64,000 bases of DNA. Origin: Candidatus Palauibacter soopunensis (lineage in GTDB: Bacteria; Gemmatimonadota; Gemmatimonadetes; Palauibacterales; Palauibacteraceae). Position 1 is the stretch's first letter. Each line of letters opens with the position of its first letter. The position numbers and the translations under genes are program-made. The stretch spans positions 315,511-379,510 of the forward strand of contig NZ_CANPVT010000002.1 in assembly GCF_947581735.1 (NCBI RefSeq), given 5' to 3'. Positions 58,440 to 64,000 of this stretch are shown piece after piece. Under the pieces are notes generated by a model that was not told where the DNA came from, searched no databases, and saw only the letters and a list, made by a program, of their open reading frames with translations.

Positions 58440-59744
58440 ATGAGACAAATCGTACGCTCGCACCAAGCCCTCCTTCCCGTCCTGTCCCTTTTCCTCGCCC
58501 CGTTTCTCGCTTTCGGTTGCGGAGAACCGGCAGACGACCCGGGAACCGCGGCCGGTGAGGAGGCTTCCATGGACGAGGCCGAACTCGAACGGCGTGCCCG
58601 CGAGATCCACGAGAGCGTGCTCACGATCGACACGCACGACGACATCCCCTACAACTTCGCCACCCCGGAGGTGGATCCGCTCAACGCGGACCGCCAGGTA
58701 AATCTCGAGAAGATGCGGGCGGGCGGGCTCGACGTCGGTTTCTTCATCGTCTACGTGGGACAGACCGAGCGCACGCCGGAGAACTACGAGGCGGCGAAGC
58801 AGGGCGCGATCACGAAGTTCGAGGCGATCCACCGCATGGCCAACGAGATGTACCCGGAGCAGATCGGGCTCGCCCACACCGCCGACGACGCGGAGCGGAT
58901 CCACGCCGAGGGCCGGCTCGTCGCCGCGATCGGGATCGAGAACGGGTACGTGATCGGGACGGATCTCTCCCTCCTCGAACGATACCACGAACTCGGCGCC
59001 CGCTACATCACCCTGGCGCACAACGGCAACAACGACATCGCCGACTCGGCGCAACCCAACTTCGCGTTCGGCGACACCCCGGAGGAAAACGGGGGCATCA
59101 GCGCCTTCGGCGAGGAGGTGATCGCCGAGATGAACCGGCTCGGAATCATGGTCGACGTTTCCCACATTTCGAAGGCGGCCAGCCTCGAGGCGATGGAGCT
59201 CTCCGAGGCTCCGGTCATCGCGTCGCACTCCGGCGCCCACGCGGTGAACGCCCATCCCCGCAACATGGACGACGAGCAGTTGTATGCCCTGCGCGAGAAC
59301 GGCGGTGTGATCCAGGCCGTCGCCCTCGGGGCCTTCGTGAAATCGCCTCCGGAGGAGCAGCAGGCGGAGGTCACCGCGCTCCGGGAGTCGATCGGCTTCA
59401 CGAGCTTCTCCCAGATGACGGACGAACAGCGCGTCGCCTTCCGCGAAGGGATGGCCGAGATCCGTTCGCGGTATCCGGCCGTGGACGTGGCGGACTTCGT
59501 CGACCACATCGACCACGCGGTCAACCTGATCGGCATCGATTACGTCGGGATCAGTTCGGACTTCGACGGCGGCGGCGGGATCGAGGGGTGGAGCGATGCC
59601 TCGGAGACGCTCAACGTCACGATCGAACTCGTGCGCCGAGGCTATTCCGAGGACGAGATCCGGCAGCTCTGGGGCGGGAACACGCTGCGCATCTGGCGCG
59701 CCGCCGAGGAAGTCGCCGCGGATCTGCAGCAGAGCGGGGGCTGA
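58440..59744 (+). CDS. Membrane dipeptidase (M19, renal dipeptidase family), lipoprotein.
   Basis: IDTHDD…, HNGNND, VDVSH, SHSG, GSDFDG zinc-ligand motifs; lipobox AFGCG. Confidence 0.85.
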   Translation: MRQIVRSHQALLPVLSLFLAPFLAFGCGEPADDPGTAAGEEASMDEAELERRAREIHESVLTIDTHDDIPYNFATPEVDPLNADRQVNLEKMRAGGLDVGFFIVYVGQTERTPENYEAAKQGAITKFEAIHRMANEMYPEQIGLAHTADDAERIHAEGRLVAAIGIENGYVIGTDLSLLERYHELGARYITLAHNGNNDIADSAQPNFAFGDTPEENGGISAFGEEVIAEMNRLGIMVDVSHISKAASLEAMELSEAPVIASHSGAHAVNAHPRNMDDEQLYALRENGGVIQAVALGAFVKSPPEEQQAEVTALRESIGFTSFSQMTDEQRVAFREGMAEIRSRYPAVDVADFVDHIDHAVNLIGIDYVGISSDFDGGGGIEGWSDASETLNVTIELVRRGYSEDEIRQLWGGNTLRIWRAAEEVAADLQQSGG

Positions 59745-61462
59745 TGCGCGTCAGGACGCTCACCGCGGTCGTCCCGCTGGCGCTGGCGGCGGCCGCGTGC
59801 GGCGAATCGCCGCGGGAGCCGGCCGACGCCGACGGGCCCTTCCGGGTCGGCGCGACGATCGATGTGGGAGCGGCTCCGCACGGCATCCGGTTCAGCCCGG
59901 ACGGCGACACTGCCTGGGTGGCCCTGAGCGGCGAAGGCCGCATCGCGGTCGTGGACCTCTCGGAGTCCGCAGTTGTGGCGCGCTGGGAGGCCGGGGACGC
60001 GCCGCTCGACCTCGTCCGCGTCGACGGCGGCTGGCTGGTGAGCCAGTTCCGGGATTCGACGCTCATCCGGCTCGACGACGAGGGCCGGATCGTCCCCGGC
60101 GCCGTGTGGGACGTCGGGGCGGGTCCGTCGCTGTTCACGCCCGGGACCGTGCGCGGCGAGACCTGGATCACGACCGAGTTCTCCGACCGGTTGTGGACGG
60201 TGGACACCCGCGAGGGCACGCCGCGGGGGTTCCACGCCACCGGCGATCGCCCCTATCCGGCGGACGTGATGTGGGACGGCTCCTACGCCTTCGTCCCCAA
60301 CCTGGATGCGGGGTCGGTCTCCGTCATCGACCTCCTGAACGGTGAACCGGACGCCACGGTCGAAGCGTGTCCCGGCCCGCCGGGGGGCGCGCTCACGCCC
60401 GACCAGGTCACATACGTCGTCGCCTGCGGCGGGTCCGACGAGGTGGCCTTCATCAACACCGCGTCCTTTGCGATCACGGGCCGCGTCTCGGAGGGCATCG
60501 GCCCCCGGCCGTTCTCGGTCGTCGTGTCTGGAGATGGTCGCCACGCGCTGGTCAACAACGCGGGCGGGACCACGGTCTCCGTCGTCGACCTCGAATCCCG
60601 CGCGGGCGTGCAGCGGTTGGAGGTCGGCGAACAACCCATCGTCCTCCGCGCGCACCCGGACGGCGAACGCGTGTTCGTGGCGAACGAGATCTCGGGCACG
60701 CTCGTCGAACTGGCGCCGGCCGTGGCGGAATCGTCCGCTCCCTCCGACGGGGAGGCGACGCTGAACGAGGTCGTCGTGCTCGGGATGATCCACTCGGGCC
60801 ACGAGACCAGCGAGATGTTCAGTCTGGAGATCGTGAGAGACCTGGTGCGGGAGATCGATCCGGACTACTGGCTGACGGAGATCCCGCCCAACCGCTGGGA
60901 CCGGGCATGGGCCGAGTTCGAAGCCACCGGGACGGTCGAAGAGCCCCGGGTCCTCCGCTTCCCCGAGTACATGGAGGGGCTCTTCCCCCTCTCCCGCGAG
61001 CTGGACTTCGAGGTCATTCCCACGGCGGGGTGGACGGAGCCGATGTCGGACTTCCGGGCCGCGTATCTCGACGCCTATTCGCGGGATCCGGACCGGGCCG
61101 AGGGCTGGGCGGAGTACCGGGCGGCAGCGGAGGCTTCAGCCGAGGCGCTCGCCGCGGGCGCGGGGGACGACCCGCGCTGGATCCACACCGATGCCTACGA
61201 CGAGGCCTACGACATCCGCATGCGGACGTACGCCCGCCTGTTCGACGCGGATCTGGGCCCCGGAGGGTGGGACGCGATCAACGCCTCGCACTGGGCGTAC
61301 ATCGAGGATGGGCTGGACCGGCATCGAGGCGAGGGCGTCCGGTTCCTCCTCACCTACGGAGCGGGACACAAGGGGCCGTTCCTGCGCGAACTCCGGAAGC
61401 GCGACGACATCGTGCTCCTGGACGTGGGGCCGTTCCTCGACCGGGTGGCTGCGGCCCGCTAG
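59744..61462 (+). CDS. Lipoprotein with an N-terminal YVTN-type beta-propeller and a C-terminal TraB/GumN (Tiki)-like domain.
   Basis: Lipobox AAAACG; repeated …VVDL/VIDL… propeller blades; C-terminal VVVLGMIHSGHETSE … LLTYGAGHKGPFL resembles the GxxH…GxxH pair of the TraB/Tiki superfamily (weaker call). Confidence 0.5.
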   Translation: MRVRTLTAVVPLALAAAACGESPREPADADGPFRVGATIDVGAAPHGIRFSPDGDTAWVALSGEGRIAVVDLSESAVVARWEAGDAPLDLVRVDGGWLVSQFRDSTLIRLDDEGRIVPGAVWDVGAGPSLFTPGTVRGETWITTEFSDRLWTVDTREGTPRGFHATGDRPYPADVMWDGSYAFVPNLDAGSVSVIDLLNGEPDATVEACPGPPGGALTPDQVTYVVACGGSDEVAFINTASFAITGRVSEGIGPRPFSVVVSGDGRHALVNNAGGTTVSVVDLESRAGVQRLEVGEQPIVLRAHPDGERVFVANEISGTLVELAPAVAESSAPSDGEATLNEVVVLGMIHSGHETSEMFSLEIVRDLVREIDPDYWLTEIPPNRWDRAWAEFEATGTVEEPRVLRFPEYMEGLFPLSRELDFEVIPTAGWTEPMSDFRAAYLDAYSRDPDRAEGWAEYRAAAEASAEALAAGAGDDPRWIHTDAYDEAYDIRMRTYARLFDADLGPGGWDAINASHWAYIEDGLDRHRGEGVRFLLTYGAGHKGPFLRELRKRDDIVLLDVGPFLDRVAAAR

Positions 61463-63258
61463 TCGCCGAGCAGATCCAGGATCGCGGACTTCGAGATCAG
61501 CTCGGAGAAGACGTGCGGCTGCCCACCCGGCCGATAGAGCACATAGAAGGGGATGCCGTAGCGGCCGAAGTCGGCCAGGTAGCGGCCGATCGACTCGTCG
61601 CGCCGCGTCCAGTCCGCCCGCATGGCGATGACGCCGTACCGCTCGAACGCGCCGGCCACCTCCTCGGTCTCCAGGAAGAGCGTCTCGTTGACCTTACAGG
61701 TGAAGCACCAGTCGGCCGTCACGTCGACGAACACGTAGGTGCCCTCCGCCGCGAGTTCCTCGGCCCGCTCGCGGTCGAAGGGTTGCCACGCGATGAGGCG
61801 ATCCTCCGGCGCGACGCCGATCCTGGAGGGCCCCGCTTCGGACCGCCCCGCGGCCACCGTGGAGACGGCCATGACCGTCAGCGCCGCCGCGGCGACCCCG
61901 GCAAGCCGGCGCCCGGGCCGACCGCGCTGCGACCGGCTGGCGAGCCAGATCGCGAGGGCCACGGCCAGCAGCCCGATCTCGAAGAAGGCGACGCGCGGCG
62001 CCGACACCAGCCCCGACATGACGAAGAGAAGCCACACGAGTGTCGCCGCGAGCAGGAACCCCATCACCACGCGGAAGGTCGCCATCCACGGCCCCGGCCG
62101 CGGCAGCACGCGCCCCGCCGCCGGGAACGCCGCGAGGAGCAGGTACGGAGAGGCCATCCCGGTGCCGATCGCGCCGAACATCGCCGCCGTCGTGATCGAA
62201 TCCTGCGTGAGCGCGAAGCCGAGCGCGGTCCCCAGGAAGGGGGCGGAGCAGGGCGTCGCCATCAGCGTGGCGAAGAAACCGGTCACCAGGTGCCCCGCGA
62301 GCCCTTCGGACGGACCCGACGAGCCCACCTTCGCCAGCGTCCCCGGGAGGTGGATCTCGAACAGGCCCCACATGTTGAGCGTGAAGAGCAGGATCACGAC
62401 CGCGAGCGCGCCGACGAACAGCGGTTCCTGGAACTGGATGCCCCAGCCCACCGCGACGCCGGCCGCGCGCGCCCCGATCGCCGCCCCCGCCAGCAGCAGG
62501 AAGGAGAGGACGATCCCGGCCGCCGTGGCGAGGCTCCCGGTCGTGAGCGCGCGCCGGCCCCCCTCCGCGCTCTTCATCAGCCCGAACACCTTCAGCGAGA
62601 GCACGGGAAGGACGCACGGCATGGCGTTGAGAATCAATCCACCAAGGAAACCCAGGAGCACGAACCAGAGGAAGCCGCGCCCCGCGCCGCCGATCTGCGC
62701 GCCGCCGCCCGTCCCGGCGCCGGCATCAGCCGCAAAAAACTCCGGACTGGCAGCCTCGCCGCCCGTCCCGACGGTGAGTCCCACGGTCGCCGGCGTGGTG
62801 ACCTGCGGGAGGCACATTTTGTCATCGCACGCCTGGTACGTGACGTTTGCCCGGATGGGGTACGTGCCCGCAGCCGCGGCGGCTGGCGTTGCCAGGGAAC
62901 CCCGGACGAACACCTCGCCCTCGTACACCGATATCGCAGTGGGTGCGAAGCTGAACGTCTTCATCTCCCCGGGCGGATACCGGAGCGCCGCCTCCGGCCA
63001 GTCCGGTGGCAACTCGAGATCGACACTGGTCGGGATCAAGTAGTCGTACGTCGGCTGGTTGCTGTTGGCGTGCCAGCCGTCCTCGATGGTGAGGCGCACC
63101 GCGAGTTCTGCGGGCTCGCCGGCGAGGTAGGCGGTGCGGTCGAGGGCGACCTCGACATCTCCCTTCTCGAGGTCCAGCGCCGCCTGTTGAGGAAGCTGTG
63201 CCGCGCCCGGGCCCGGGAGGACGGATCCCGCGACCGCGGCCCACACGACCGCGAGCAT
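61459..63258 (-). CDS. dsbD: Thiol:disulfide interchange protein DsbD (cytochrome c biogenesis); the alternative upstream start at 63324 is less likely.
   Basis: N-terminal periplasmic domain with Cys pair, central NAMPCVLPV…TPCSAPF membrane domain, C-terminal thioredoxin-like TADWCFTCK. Confidence 0.85.
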   Translation of the reverse strand: MLAVVWAAVAGSVLPGPGAAQLPQQAALDLEKGDVEVALDRTAYLAGEPAELAVRLTIEDGWHANSNQPTYDYLIPTSVDLELPPDWPEAALRYPPGEMKTFSFAPTAISVYEGEVFVRGSLATPAAAAAGTYPIRANVTYQACDDKMCLPQVTTPATVGLTVGTGGEAASPEFFAADAGAGTGGGAQIGGAGRGFLWFVLLGFLGGLILNAMPCVLPVLSLKVFGLMKSAEGGRRALTTGSLATAAGIVLSFLLLAGAAIGARAAGVAVGWGIQFQEPLFVGALAVVILLFTLNMWGLFEIHLPGTLAKVGSSGPSEGLAGHLVTGFFATLMATPCSAPFLGTALGFALTQDSITTAAMFGAIGTGMASPYLLLAAFPAAGRVLPRPGPWMATFRVVMGFLLAATLVWLLFVMSGLVSAPRVAFFEIGLLAVALAIWLASRSQRGRPGRRLAGVAAAALTVMAVSTVAAGRSEAGPSRIGVAPEDRLIAWQPFDRERAEELAAEGTYVFVDVTADWCFTCKVNETLFLETEEVAGAFERYGVIAMRADWTRRDESIGRYLADFGRYGIPFYVLYRPGGQPHVFSELISKSAILDLLGD

Positions 63259-63414
63259 CGGCCAGGCGCGCCGAGCTTCGCCGCGTTCCGCGCCTGCTGT
63301 CCTGCCTCTCGAACCGACCGCCATTCGTCCCGATCCCTTGAACGAGCTTCCGACAACCCGGCGGGAAAATTAGCCGCCCGGCCTCTGCGTCAAAACACCC
63401 GTCCCCCCCGGCGC

Positions 63415-63450
63415 GATGGACGCCTGTGATGGACGCCCGCGATTGACGCC
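63415..63450 (+). promoter_or_regulatory. Three direct repeats GAT(G/T)GACGCC with a 13-bp period, upstream of doxX; candidate operator.
   Basis: gatggacgcc (63415-24), gatggacgcc (63428-37), gattgacgcc (63441-50). Confidence 0.3.
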
Positions 63451-63515
63451 CCCATTTGCGGCGGACCACTCTTGAAGGAAGGAGGAACGTCCCGCACACC
63501 GGAACGGAGGCCGAC

Positions 63516-63923
63516 ATGAAACGCTGGGGTCTGCTGCTGCTGAGAGTGAGCACGGGGTGGCTGCTGGTGATGTGGGGGCTCGACAAGTTCGTGAACGTGG
63601 AGCACGGCCAGCGCGTGGCCGAGAGCTTCTATCTCGGGATCGGGTCGCAGGCGGTCGTCCAGAACGTGTTCGGCGGTCTGGAGATCCTCCTCGGCCTTTT
63701 CGTGGTGCTGGGCCTGTGGAGGAAGCGGGCGTACCCGGTGGCGTTCGTCGTGCTCCTCATCACGGCGCTCGCGGTGTGGAAGTCGATCCTCGATCCGTGG
63801 GGCTGGGTCCTCGACGGATCGCAGGTCCTCTTCTATCCCTCGATCATCGTTCTCGCCGGCGCCATGGTCCTGTGGGGCACGATGGACCAGGACGAGTTGA
63901 CGCTCGACGCCCGCATGGGCTGA
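63516..63923 (+). CDS. DoxX family membrane protein.
   Basis: RBS ggaacggagg; 4 TM; DoxX-like LLRVSTGWLLVMWGLDKF. Confidence 0.75.
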   Translation: MKRWGLLLLRVSTGWLLVMWGLDKFVNVEHGQRVAESFYLGIGSQAVVQNVFGGLEILLGLFVVLGLWRKRAYPVAFVVLLITALAVWKSILDPWGWVLDGSQVLFYPSIIVLAGAMVLWGTMDQDELTLDARMG

Positions 63924-64000
63924 CCGACCTCCGACCCGTTCCGGCGCGCCCGGGGTGACGCGCCGGAACGGGTCAGGGGATCAGCCGTGCTCCGGCTCGG

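Noticed and set aside
1-64000. tRNA, rRNA and CRISPR arrays.
   Set aside because: Intergenic regions are short. No cloverleaf-compatible GTTCRANYC T-loop contexts, rRNA-like conserved blocks or regularly spaced direct repeats of CRISPR type were seen. Only the 13-bp-phased triplet at 63415-63450 was found, and it is reported as a candidate operator.

Overview
This is a very GC-rich (~70%) bacterial chromosomal window, densely coding on both strands. The gene content (many secreted or lipoprotein hydrolases, BNR/sortilin, PD40/TolB-like, CocE/NonD, TAT-exported enzymes) resembles Gemmatimonadota-like or similar high-GC soil bacteria; this is a guess, not a determination. The six-frame track contains many long antisense ORFs that are artefacts of the low stop-codon frequency in high-GC DNA. 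I kept only ORFs whose translations carry recognisable family motifs, and refined several starts. Note that the ORF track writes M for GTG/TTG starts. Recognised genes include msrA, a cytochrome P450, oligopeptidase B, pckA, PPK2, sulfite dehydrogenase SorAB, the ActP/DUF485 acetate permease pair, a second SSS transporter, a lysC-like/asd/metY operon facing metX, two CocE/NonD hydrolases, a type-B carboxylesterase, an ATL protein, a cystathionine gamma-synthase-family enzyme, a soxBDA(G) sarcosine oxidase cluster, a class-A beta-lactamase homolog, an M20 peptidase, a Fic protein overlapping an amidase, a tandemly duplicated vapBC module, gamma-glutamyltransferase, an M19 dipeptidase, dsbD and doxX. 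Non-coding calls: two divergent SAM-I (S-box) riboswitches in the lysC-like/metX intergenic region; a 163-bp element bounded by perfect 21-bp inverted repeats; three 13-bp-phased direct repeats upstream of doxX. The most interesting candidate is a peroxiredoxin-like gene with an in-frame TGA exactly at the catalytic Cys position (W-U-P-Y-C), followed 12 nt later by a SECIS-like hairpin, which I call a putative selenoprotein. Other notable points: a catalytic-domain-only aspartokinase under SAM-riboswitch control, an apparent in-frame SoxA-SoxG fusion, a +1 frameshift in a TAT-signal amidohydrolase, and a beta-lactamase homolog with a ~170-aa C-terminal extension. No rRNA, tRNA or CRISPR array was recognised.
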